Assembly: GCA_964057225.1 (NCBI GenBank)
Contig: OZ059896.1
Coordinates: 9,052,001 to 9,116,000, forward strand
Source of the DNA: Auanema rhodensis
Taxonomy: Eukaryota > Animalia > Nematoda
Direction: 5' to 3'
DNA: 64,000 nt
The notes under the pieces are model-generated. The model worked only from the letters and a program-made list of their open reading frames with translations. It ran no database searches and was not told where the DNA came from. Shown here in pieces: positions 43,488-55,749 of this stretch. Position 1 is the first letter of the stretch. Every line of letters begins with the position of its first letter. Made by a program: the position numbers and the translations under genes.

Positions 43488-44416
43488 CTTTTGAACCTTA
43501 CAATAGGATGTTGAAGCATTAAATATTCATAGTAGGGGTGTGAGAAGAGATTCCCTTTCAAAATATGGTTGGATTAAATGTTTCTTAATATAACGATGTG
43601 ATATAAAATCTGGCTAAAATGCCTCTTCATGTTGTGAATTTATAACCACGTACATTTTGAGATGGTTAACAGTAACCGCGATCATTCGAATAAGCGTGAG
43701 TACTGTAAGTTGACGTACTAAAAAATGGTGAATAGCACGGAACAGATTCCATAGAATTAGAACAACCTTTATATATTAAAAAAATTTAATTCAGTTGTGA
43801 AAACCTAAATTAGTGTGTAGTTCATGCTTTCATACATCAATAGGAGCTGTTTCGTAATTTAGAAGGAACGAAAGAAAGATCTATTTTTAAACTATGTATA
43901 TTGTTTCAAAACTTTAAATTATTTTTTACATATTTTGCTATAGTTTTTTTGCGAACTTGAGTCTTTATCCATTTGCTTTTTGCAGAATTTTACTGATGTT
44001 ATTTTCATATATCTTGATTCTGTTTATTCTTTAATGCAGTTCTTGATATAGCGTTCGCTGTTTTTTAAATTGAATTTATATTTCTTTTTTCTTAAGAAGT
44101 AATAGAAATATGTAAATGATTACTCCTTTAATACATGTCCTCATAGAACTTGTACGAGTAACTAATATTTTCATACGAGTTTACAATGTCCAGAAGGTTA
44201 TATTCAATCAGTATTATGGGCAAAAAATTGGTAAGCGTTCTCATATATTGACTTTCATAGTGAAAACTTACCAATTTTGAAACTGATTTAGTGTATAAGA
44301 GTTTACTATTTTAATTTTTCTTTTTCATTCAACCCTGCACCTCTAACAAATTCAATTATAATTGTGATTCTTTTGAATCGAACAAACTCATTACAAAATT
44401 GTGTTAAATTTATTTC

Positions 44417-44617
44417 AAAGTTCTAACTACTTCAAACGTATAATAAGTGTATATTCGTATGTTGTTGTTGATATATATGGTCTACATGTTTTCATTTTGT
44501 ACATAAATGTTTTTTTTAAAATTATTTTATATTCTTATCACAGTGTTTTATTCGCTCATCTATTTGAATATATGTTAATGTGATGTTAACTTCAATCTTA
44601 TTGGTTTAGATGACCGA
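44417..44617. repeat. Right arm of 201-bp inverted duplication (copy of sna-2 upstream region, acceptor and ATG ACC GA)
   Basis: Reverse complement of 41346-41546. Confidence 0.95.
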
Positions 44618-44619
44618 AA

Positions 44620-45205
44620 AAATTTAATAAGATTTCGATAAATCATTGGCGCAACATTCAATGACACAAGCAGTATTAATAGGGCAACAAACATAGTAAA
44701 ACCACATGGAACAACTGGAGCATTTCATCCATTTTACATTTTCGGATGTGTCTGCAAACCTGGAAGAAAAGTAGTTCACTATGCAAATTCTGAGACACCT
44801 TTATGTATTATCTTTCTTATGCAATATCATTTATCCCTTATTTCATCGTTACGATCTCTAAGTGGTCTCTCACCGTTTTCAAAGTATCGTTTCTCCACCG
44901 AACGGAGATAATTTAAATCTCTTTTTCCAGGTTTCAGTTTTTTCATGTCTTTTGAGAAATTAACCGCTAATTGCTCCTGGGTAGATATTTTTCTTCCACA
45001 AACAGGACATTACATTCCATTAGTCTATGTAATATTTTATTTTATATGTATTAATGTATTGTCTTACTATTGCTTCTCCTTTCTTAGCTATTCTTAATTC
45101 CATTATTTCTTCAGCTTTCTTATGGTGAACCTCTTTCAGATGCCTATTCAATGATGATGATCTGGTGAACCTAGAAGAGCATTGAGAGCAACCGTTTGAT
45201 ACGTT
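44620..45205 (-). pseudogene. C2H2 zinc-finger pseudogene fragment
   Basis: CSQCSSRFTRSSSLNRHLKEVH, an intron, then GM*CPVCGRKISTQEQLAVNF with an in-frame TAA at 45010-45012 and further stops. Confidence 0.65.
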
Positions 45206-45636
45206 TATTTTGATATAAATGACGCCTTAAGTTAGTGATTTGAATTATCTTAAACTAAGCATATTCTAATTTGTTATAGCCCTTCTTGTTTATGTTAAGC
45301 ATATTTTAATGTTTTTCTTATAGAGAGAGCAAAATCTTGTCTAAATTTTGTTTATGTTTTGATGTGAATGTGATCATTCATATAAAAATATAGAAATTGT
45401 TGAATTTAGTTTATCTTTGTACGACTTGTGACAAAAAGAATCATTACAGAAAAATCTAATAAAGCCTTTATCGCCGAAGACTCCTTGCATTAATTAAGCT
45501 CTCGAACAATTTCAAAAACGTTCTGAATATAATTCTTAACAATATCGACTACTCATATATCTTCTCTCTTTCAATTTAATGCTTCCTAAAAGCGTAAAAA
45601 GATAGCAACTACTTAAATAAAATATATTTGTTTTAT

Positions 45637-48433
45637 CTACTGGGATTCGGGCACAGTAGTAGTTGTTGTGTCTGTTACTGTCTTCTTCTTATAATATTTC
45701 GTGGTGACATGTCTGAAATCATGCATAAGCTACTGCTTTTTAGTACGTTATAACCTTGAGATAACTCCAGGCTCCATTGGAGTTTCTACAACTTTCTTTT
45801 CTTCTTGCTTCAATAAAGCATATTCTCTTCCAGGATCGGCAGCAGTAGATAGCTCACGCTTATAAGAAACGTCATGACCCTCTTTGTCACGATAACCTCC
45901 CTATAATGAATTTAGTATTTGAAATGAAAATGACTTTACCTCAGTATTGTTGTGCGTATTGCTGATCGAACCTTTAGGTAGTTTCTCATCCATCTCTTTC
46001 TGAAGATAATCAGTTTATTTGTGTTAAAGTTGTATATAACTCACTTTTTTGTTGAAAATATCGTTAATATTTCCTGCTGAAGATGCAGTTTGAGATGCAT
46101 TTTGAGATGAACTGCTTGTGTAATTTGTAGTCATTGGAGCTAATGTTGCAGGAATAGTTCTGAATGATTGAACATATTTCAATTGAAATCACAAAGCTCA
46201 CGTTGTTTCAGTTTTTTCCTCATAGTTCCGTTTATAGTTTCTAGATTCACTATATTGAGAAAGTTGACTAACTGGACGACTAGTCTCCTCACGATGACTC
46301 TTAAAACATAAATATTTGACTTAAAATAAAAATTAAAGCTTTACCTCTTCTTTGTGACTCTTAGAGTAGTTTTCAGAATAATAATTTGCGGGTGCTGGAG
46401 CAGCATTGGCTACCTTCTCTGTGGTATTCGTGTAACTACTTTGAGAAATGTTACTTTGAACAGGTTGACTTGGTTGAGAATTCGAAAATTATAAAATTTT
46501 TAATGGATTGATAATACAGCTTAACTTACTGAAGTATAAGAGTAAGATGTTGTTTTAGTTACAGGTAAAGTAGTTGTAACTTGTGGGGCACGTTGATATT
46601 CTGATCCACCAGTGGTGTTAGTGGTTTTCTCTTGTTTAGAGTAATGAGAAGAAGAGTAACTCTTATAAGAGGCTGCTGGAGATACAGCCTATAATTCAAA
46701 ATTTAATGAAATTAGTTTTTTATTTTTATGAAATAAACAATATAATTCAACTAACAGGTGCTGGAAGAGCAATAGGCTGAGAAACATTTTGAGTGTTTGT
46801 TGTTCTATTGTAGCTCGACTAAAAATAAAAATTTATAAAATAATATATGATATACTGTGTTAGTGATTTACAGTATTAGTAATAAATATACATTAGTATA
46901 AGGAATGATTATATCTTAACTCAAAATACTAATCTAATGTGTTGGAAATAGAACTTAAAAACAAGCCAAAGATAGTAAGCAGAACTAAAAGTTTTCATGC
47001 GTTTGGGCGATACGTCCGTATGTTAGAGCATGAATATATTTTGAATCTGCGGACCTCTTGAAAACTTCTGTCGATTGTATCAATGGGAGTTAAAGGAGCC
47101 ATTAGTGTTCTACTTTCTGAGGACTTTTCATTAGATTCTGCTAAGCTGTGTTCCTGAAAATCTCTTGCCAAGTCTATATGAAAATTAAGAAAAAACTATC
47201 TGAATTAAGAGAATTTAACTACGATATTGATGAAACCCTGTTACTCAGATCTAATTTCATTATGTAATGAAAAGTAAGTTTCTAATCTCTAACATGTCTC
47301 AAAAGTAAAAACCTATTCTAAAGAACAACACGTTTCATATCCAAAAGTAAACCTTTTGGGTAGTATATGCTGGAGTTATTGGCACAGTTCTGGTTTCAGT
47401 TGTGGATGAACTCGATTTAGATGACTTGAAAAAGCTTTCTTTCTGTGATGATTGCACAGGAATAACTCTTGGAACTGAATCAGCAACTGTCTGAGTCTCA
47501 GTTTTGGAGCTGTTGCTTGATTTTTGATAACTGCCCTAAAGCAATTTATGTGAAAACTGAAGTAGCTGTGTTAGAGCTTCAAACTAAGAAAACTAAACGT
47601 CTTTCTAGAACTATCTTTCTATCTATCTACTTATGATTGTTATATAGCTCTAAGATTGAGAAAGTTCAAGTTAATAACAGAGAGAACGAATAAGAGTTCT
47701 ATATTGGCAAAAAGGAAATAACTGAATGTAATAGTGTTGAGGATAAACAGAGAATCAAAACCGAAGAAACTTAATATAGCTTCGTTTTAAGGCTTCTCCA
47801 TTACCTGATAGCCAACGTTTTGCACAGGTATTGTTACAGGTGCATGTTGTCTATTTTCTAATGTTTCAGAAAATATATTCTTATTATGAATATTACTTTC
47901 CTGAATAATGAATTTTGTATTCAAAACCAAACAAATCATTATTATAATAGCTCAACCTGATAATTTGAAACTATTGGGATTATTGGGATAGTACGATATT
48001 CTGAAGATTCAAAAGTTTTCTTATAACTCTCCTAAATATATATATATAGCTAATTATGATCAACTTAAGAAATATATATAATTGATATGTTAATAACAGG
48101 ATAATAATATATTATGAATAATTAGAAAAATATCAAATATTATTTGAAATAGTACCTGATATCCAGTACTGGATGGGAAGTTAGTAGGTGCGAAGTGTCC
48201 AGCTTGAGAAATTGGAGCATGAGTAATATGAGATTCAGTTGAATAATTAACTGGATTAGCGGTCTAGAAATAGAGAAAACTTCAAAAGATGTGCTGACGA
48301 AGATAGCTTTACATGAGATGATGAACGACTCTCAGTTACGGTACGGGCAAAAGACCCTCCTTCTGGATATTGACCTTGCTCATGATTAGTGGTTGAATAG
48401 TTGTTTGAATATCCAGTATCATGTTGCTTTTGT

Positions 48434-48464
<31 letters not shown>

Positions 48465-48482
48465 ATTGCTGTTGATGTTGTT

Positions 48483-48516
<34 letters not shown>

Positions 48517-51500
48517 ATACTGATTATTGACATGACCGTTAAGTTGGCTAGACGAAGTTTTATAAGCATTGCTGGATTGGTAACTATCGTTCGTTTGATA
48601 GACATTGCTAGTTGCTGGATTATATTTCTTTCCAGGGCCAAATTTATCGTGATGGCTCAGAATGTAATCAACCTGGTTCTGGTTGTAGCCAGAATTTATC
48701 AGTTTCTCAGCATTAGTACTTCCGGAATCGTAGTGAGCATGTACAGGAGTTGAGTGATTCTAAGATGAAGATAATGAAAACTATAATAACAAACTATGTA
48801 TCAAACCTCCCGTCTAACTTCAGATCGAGAATCTGCTTGGTAAGAATTTTGTTGATACTGTTGTGGTGGTGGTTGTGGAGATCTCATCTCATGAGTCTAG
48901 ATCACAGATACATTTTCTATCAAATATTCCATATATAGTATTACCTGTTGGCTACTGTAGCTACTTTGATAGTTTTGCTGCTGTACTTGATGCATATTAT
49001 CAGCTGCGTTCTGCCAAACGTTGTGTGTTCGAACAGCTTTGTTGTGCCAGGCGGGCGGTGCGTCAGGCGCTATCTGGAAACGAAAAAAAAGTATCACGTC
49101 TGTGTTAAAGTCAATTTTCTGATTGTCAGCAGCCCACGGCTAAAGAAAAACATTTTGAGGAGGTGGAAGAAAATGATTAATAATGTTACAGGCAGTTGTT
49201 TGAACTGTTTGAAACATATGACAAAACAAAATAATTACAATTAGATACAACTTTTTGTTTTGTTCAGATATTAGTTTAGGATATTATACACTTTAATATA
49301 TTTTAAAATTTTAAAAAATGAAATAAAACAAAGATAAAGATGTTTAGGTTTGTGTAAATTAGGTTTAAAGCTTGGTTTATAGAGGTAAATTATTGGTAAA
49401 ACATAAAAAAAGTAGCGAAAAACTGAATAGAAAACAAATGAAAAGCTTTGTTTCAACAGCAACATAAACTGAATGACAATAAGTTTTGGTTGAACAACAT
49501 TACTTAACAGCTGATCTTTAGAAAAGTAGTTGAAAAAAGGGTGAACATCTGAGCTGTGAACTAGTTACATGTGTTGTAATGGTAATGATGAAACAGAAAT
49601 AAATCAAACCTTGGCTGATGCTGGTAAGTTGATGCGAGCATCAGTTTCATTAGCTTTACATTCCCACGCATTTCGTCGTTGCTGAACATTACGAGACCAA
49701 TTAGGCTCTGTAGTATAAACCTAGAATGGGTTACAATGGTTGATAGGTATAAAGGAAGTATATATAAGGTTTGGTAAATCAAAATATTCACACTTATATT
49801 AATTATATATCATGCATATTAGTTATAATATGGAAAAATTATTAAAAATAACTTAAGAGATATGAATAAGCAGACTGAAAAATCATCCAAATGTAACTAA
49901 AATATTTTTTAGTTAGTTTAACTGTAAACTAATCTAATGCGAAAGAAAAACAGATCAAATATCTATATGTATATATATTGATTCTATTGATCCTAATATA
50001 CTGAAGAAAACATCTAACAACTACTTTCAAATTAGCCAGCTTGCCTCTAATTTATGTAGACGAGGGTCTGGACGATTTTCCCAATTCATCTGCTTTTCCA
50101 TACTCTTTTCTCTCCAATAAGGTGACTCTTCAGCATTCGGCTTACGTCGAATAGCTTCGTCCGTTAGAAGGGTATGAACGTTCACCTCTCTATCGGTTTC
50201 CTGTTGTCGTTCCATCCACACGTTCTGTTGGTCAGATGGAGCAGAGCTTCGTGGTGCCACGTTCTTTGGAGCACTTACACAGAATGTGGTAGGCTCAACT
50301 GGACCTGGACTGTGTCTAACAGTTATATGATCTCGTTTAAATCCAGGAGTTGGACAGAATGATGTTCCGAATTCTTTCTGATTTGTCTGTCGGATTTCAT
50401 GGCGTATTTTCTGATTGGAAATAGTATCTCCAACAAGAAGATTAGCATCTACATTATCCACATTCGATGCAACATAAGCATTGCATGGTGAACGTGGATC
50501 TGCAGAGTAATGAGGACGAAGACGTGGTGGGTCGGGTCCATGACCATGATATGGTCCAGGAGCAACATATCCCTATATGAAGGATATGTCAGAAGAAGAG
50601 GAGAATAGAGAGAAGAAAATTTTGATATTGATAAATTCTTGAAAACTAACCTTTCCAAAGTCTGTTCCTCCACATTCATAACCTGGTCGACTACGAGATC
50701 GTTCTTCTCGTCTTGGCTGATGTTCATAGTAATAATCACCTCCAGCTTCTTCGAACTTCAAACCTTTTGTAAAATCGAGTCCACCGCATTCAAATCCTCT
50801 TTCAGATCTTTAAGAAATTGTTGAAAAAGCAGGTAAGAATAAATGAAATTACCTGGCTCCTTCACTGTATGTTCGTGGACGTCTTGTTTGTTCAGCAACT
50901 TGGTAATAACTTGGTCCATACGTTTGAGTATGAGGATTGTGAGTATAGACTCTAAAATACGTTTAAGTATTAAATAAGAACAATTTAAAAATTACCTTTG
51001 CTTTTCAGCGAATTCTCTCGCATTCTCATGATGTACAGGATGATTCAATGGTGCAGGTGTTGTAGATGGAGTATGGTATCCCGCATTATGATGCTCAGAA
51101 GCAGCTGGAGTTCTTGAGCGAGCACGCTCGCTTTTCTCACGAGCATAACGAGCCCAACCTGGTTCCTAAAAGTTAATTAATTTTATATTATTATTAAAAT
51201 GTGGTGATAAACCTGAGATCCAAATTGTCTTGGTGCTTCAACAGCAGCAATCTTATCCATTGTACGATCACCAAATGAACCATGATTTTGATCCTATAAT
51301 GATATTCAAAATATTTTAATTTTTAAATTATTAAAATTTACCTGAATATATCTAAGAGTGGCACTCTTAGCAGGATCGAAATGCTTGTCAGCAGTTTGTA
51401 AAGCAATTGGAGCTGTATTACCAACTTGTTGAACGAATTGCTCTTCAGCAGATTCCCTGCAAATCAAAAATTCTATTAGAAAAATAATTTTGTATGAAGT

Positions 51501-52022
51501 TTTCAAATTTATATTCTCTTTTACTTTCATGTTGGAAGTTTTCATTTGATAATTATTGATTATTATTATTCATTTAACTATTAATTCAACTTATTAATAA
51601 ATATTCAACGAGAATTTTGAAGAGTTTTTTAAAATCTTAATATTAGATTGACAGTTGGTAGCGAACAAGTGGCTTTTCAAGCTTTGGATATGCTTTGGCA
51701 ATGCTTAAATATATCTCACAGCTTGACTTGAAAACTCTTCTTTGTTGTAAAGTGTGTATGTAAGATGGGGGCTGTGAGATATTTTAAAAAATAGTTTGAT
51801 AACAAAAAAGTAATGATGATAATAACATAAGAATAAAGAAGATTTTAACTATTAAATTAGTAAAATATCCATAAAACTTATGTTATAACATTTCTTTTTC
51901 ATTTAATAACATCTGGCAAACTCGTAGATATTTTATGTTTGTAAAAAAGTTTTACAATACTAAACTTACTTGGAATATAGCTGCATTGGAGAATTATATT
52001 GAAGATGAACAGGTTGCGGCAT
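45637..52022 (-). CDS. pqn-22: ZASP-like-motif (ZM), Gln-rich muscle-type protein with many exons
   Basis: MPQPVHLQYNSPMQLYS/KESAEEQF ZM motif, FDPAKSATLRYI, poly-Q/H exon near 48421-48530, C-terminal HDVSYKRELSTAADPGREYALLKQEEKKVVETPMEPGVIS/RHVTTKYYKKKTVTDTTTTTVPESQ*. Confidence 0.78.
48421..48530 (-). repeat. Coding (CAA)n trinucleotide repeat encoding poly-Gln/His
   Basis: (TTG)n on the + strand within a pqn-22 exon. Confidence 0.9.
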
Positions 52023-52571
52023 TTTCGTTCCTTTGATAGTACTTAGACTATCTCTAAATATCTATATTATACATATTAAAAAAGAAAATATGTAATTAGA
52101 CGTAAAAGTAAACAAATAAGTTTAAAAATTTGAATAAGAAATATAGATTTAATCAAAAATGAATATAATTATAAATTATATACATATGTATGTCTTTATT
52201 ATTAAATTTTACATTCAATTATTAAATAATATAAAAAAATTTAATCGGATTTTGATAAATTAAAGAAATTATGAATTAGAACTTCAACGATTAGTACTGA
52301 AAACGAAATCCATAATACAAGGTATCAAAGCTTGAAGAAAGTGTGAACGAAGAAGTGAAGGATGACTCTATCGAAAGATAGAGAGATAACTAGAGAAAAT
52401 AAGAAACATAAGTAAGAGAGAGAAATGAAGACAGAGCTTGACTATTGCCAGGATGTCGGCTGCTCTCGTTGGCGGCGATAGCAGGCACTACTCTGATCTG
52501 TTCTGCCTGTTGTTGCATCCATTCCTTCATCTTCTTCATCTTTAAAAAGAGAGATAGAAGAAGAATAAGGT

Positions 52572-53013
52572 TGAACAGAGTTGAAATGATTTCGAGAAAT
52601 TAAACGAAAAGTTGAATTCACAGCAGAAATGATAGTTTATGTGTTTTCTAATTAAATAAATTTATTAGAATGTAATACAAAAGTCTTTTTTTCTAAAGAT
52701 GACACAGTATGTTCTAGGTATTGAAAGCAAATACCAAGTTGAAACAGTTAAACTCAAAGACAAGATCAAATTTAATATATCTTTATAACTACCGTTTGTC
52801 TTCTTCATCTTAGAAGGTAATTAGATACCTTGAATAGTGCAGCATTAGCTTCTGTCCTCTCGTCCGTCATTCATATTCTGTCTGGTCATCGTTACCTGGT
52901 TGCCAATTCAATTTTTCCTTCATCCATTTTCTCCATAATCATCAGTAAATTTTCAGTTTCCACTCATTTTTTATATTCGATTTATCATTTTTTAAGCATT
53001 TTCTCACAATTTA
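52572..53013. repeat. Left arm of 442-bp inverted repeat
   Basis: Reverse complement of 53612-54053; I saw 2 mismatches. ORFs 52830(+) and 53795(-) are identical over their shared length. Confidence 0.97.
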
Positions 53014-53611
53014 GTATTACAAATATGGATTGTTTTCCAATTTTATAGCATTTGTTAACTTTTTGTGTATAATATTTATGTTTCGATATTTTCAACAGAA
53101 TACTTCTCATTTTATGAAAGAAGATGTTTATTTCGTCATATTTCTATAAACAAATGCTGCTAAATCATATGCTTTCAAGATGAAAAGATACTCAATTAAA
53201 CCAATTTGTTCATTTATTTCACTGAAATTCCTTCCTTTTTTTCTTGTTATCCTTTATAAATTTTCATATAAACTAGTTTTAAAATAATTTTCAATGATTT
53301 TTCCATAACAGAGACGACAATTTTTGTTTGTCAAAACTAATTTCTCTTTTAATATCATTTCTATTTATAATATTTTCATTTGTAATCTCATGAAGATTAA
53401 ATGAACTATTTTCAATTGATATTGATTGAACATAGCTCTTTATATGTTCAAATATATATAATATAATATAAAAATATTTATATTATATATACATATAAAC
53501 ATAGAATTTAATTATTTTTTAATTTTCTTTCATTTTATACAGGTTTTATATTAGTTTTTTTTAAATTTATTTAATAGCTAATTAAATCAAAGAATATGCT
53601 AATCAAACTAA

Positions 53612-54053
53612 TAAATTGTGAGAAAATGCTTAAAAAATGATAAATCGAATATAAAAAATGAGTGGAAACTGAAAATTTACTGATGATTATGGAGAAAATG
53701 GATGAAGGAAAAATTGAATTGGCAACCAGGTAACGATGACCAGACAGAATATGAATGACGGACGAGAGGACAGAAGCTAATGCTGCACTATTCAAGGTAT
53801 CTAATTACCTTCTAAGATGAAGAAGACAAACGGTAGTTATAAAGATATATTAAATTTGATCTTGTCTTTGAGTTTAACTGTTTCAACTTGGTATTTGCTT
53901 TCAATACCTAAAACATACTGTGTCATCTTTAGAAAAAAAGACTTTTGTATTACATTCTAATAAATTTATTTAATTAGAAAACACATAAACTATCATTTCT
54001 GCTGTGAATTCAACTTTTCGTTTAATTTCTCGAAATCATTTCAAATCTGTTCA
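53612..54053. repeat. Right arm of 442-bp inverted repeat
   Basis: Reverse complement of 52572-53013. Confidence 0.97.
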
Positions 54054-55749
54054 CTAATCTGCAAAAACGTCATTTGGTCAAAATGGTGCGCAAGCATCAA
54101 CACTTTCTATACTACTTACATGTATAAATGCTACGACAAAATAAGTAAATCTAAGCAATGAGTGTTCTATTTCCTATCAGTCTCTTACACAAACACAGAT
54201 ATCCAGAAAAAAGCCATTCTTCTTTCAGCTGTTCAGTTTCCATTTGTCTGTACTACATCGACGATGTCATACAATTTTTCTTTTTTTCTCTCAACTCATT
54301 CTTCTTCTCTTTCAAAATTTCCAAGTTTTCAAATAACTTTTATTCAATATTATCAACAATTGCAAATTGTTTTCTTTCATTTTTTTGTGTTAGACATGTA
54401 ACTGTCTGAATATTTAAAAGTTTCTTTTTCAAGTTGTACTCTATATGTACATAGCATAGCATAGCATACAATCACTCTACATATAGATACAAGTAAATGG
54501 CTTCAGTTCACATTGATTACTATGATTATTAAACCCCATGTCTTAAATATTATCATTTCAATGATAACAACATTCAGTAAAACATTGGATTTTTATATGG
54601 AGTTGTCTGCATCTGATACATTTAACAAACCCTCATTGAAACTCATAACATTATTAAAAGAAAGATAATTTAATTTTAGTATTGAAATACCATAAATAGT
54701 AAATAAACATAAATCATTCATTTCTCCAAATTGAACAGACAAAAAAAGTTCTGTTTCATTTCCAATCAATTGGCTATTTCAACTTTTTTTCTCTGCGAAA
54801 CCCCCTCTCCCCGATCATCTTTTGATTTTTTTTCTCTTCTTCTTAGTTCAAAATATCTTTTCAATATGTTATGTCTAAGTAGTAATCCTTGTAAATTACA
54901 GTTATTATGACAATGTATTTATGTATTTTCAATATAATAACTTTTAATTTACTATGCGTTTTCATTTTTCAGTCGATTCCATGTTGTGCCTAGCAACCAG
55001 GGTTTTCAAATCGTCTATCCATTCATATCATAGACATGCTGTTTCGAAATTATTTAATTTTAGTTCAGAAAAATATAAGTATTTTCATAAATAAAAGGAA
55101 ATAAGATTTATATTTTAATAAGATTTATTGATTAAAAATAATTTTGCTTTCTTTAAAAACTATTTATTCATAACTAACTATTAATAATATTCTATCTATT
55201 ATTATAATATTATATATCAAATGATATATGAAAATATTATTATATATCATACGAAAACATGAGAAAAAATTAAAATTCTATAACATATGATGTAGTATAA
55301 TATTTTTTTTATTTTAAAAAAAGAAGAAATTAAGTTTTATTTATTTATTTAATTATTTTTTTGTTTTAAACATAAATCAATTTTATACATAATTAGATTA
55401 AGGTTATTATAAATAATCTTATATACTAGTTATATTGATTGTTATTTCATTATTAATAAACTAAACATAAAATTTTTAAAAAATTTGTTATATACAAATA
55501 ATCAAACAAAGTTTATTGTTATATGATCTATTTACATATAATACATATTATATTGATATACCATCAATGTTAAGATGTAGACAGTCTCTAATCTTATGTT
55601 TCTTCATTTTATTCGATATTGACTTTGTAGGTCTTGCTTAAATATTAATGAATCATTCATTTCTACTATTATTTTTCTTTTTTTTTGAACTTTATATTAT
55701 ATATTTTCATATAATTTGTATATTTTAGTTGTAGAATAATCAATACTCA

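Noticed and set aside
46995-47173. 59-codon open frame inside a pqn-22 intron as an alternative last exon
   Set aside because: It needs a phase-1 donor, while the nearest upstream exon ends in phase 0; unsupported without transcripts.
48336-48753. Poly-Leu (+) and poly-Asn (-) ORFs in the track
   Set aside because: Alternative frames of the pqn-22 CAA repeat exon.
52830-53795. Two identical ~73-aa ORFs as a duplicated gene
   Set aside because: Non-ATG starts, no splice or homology support; by-products of the inverted repeat.
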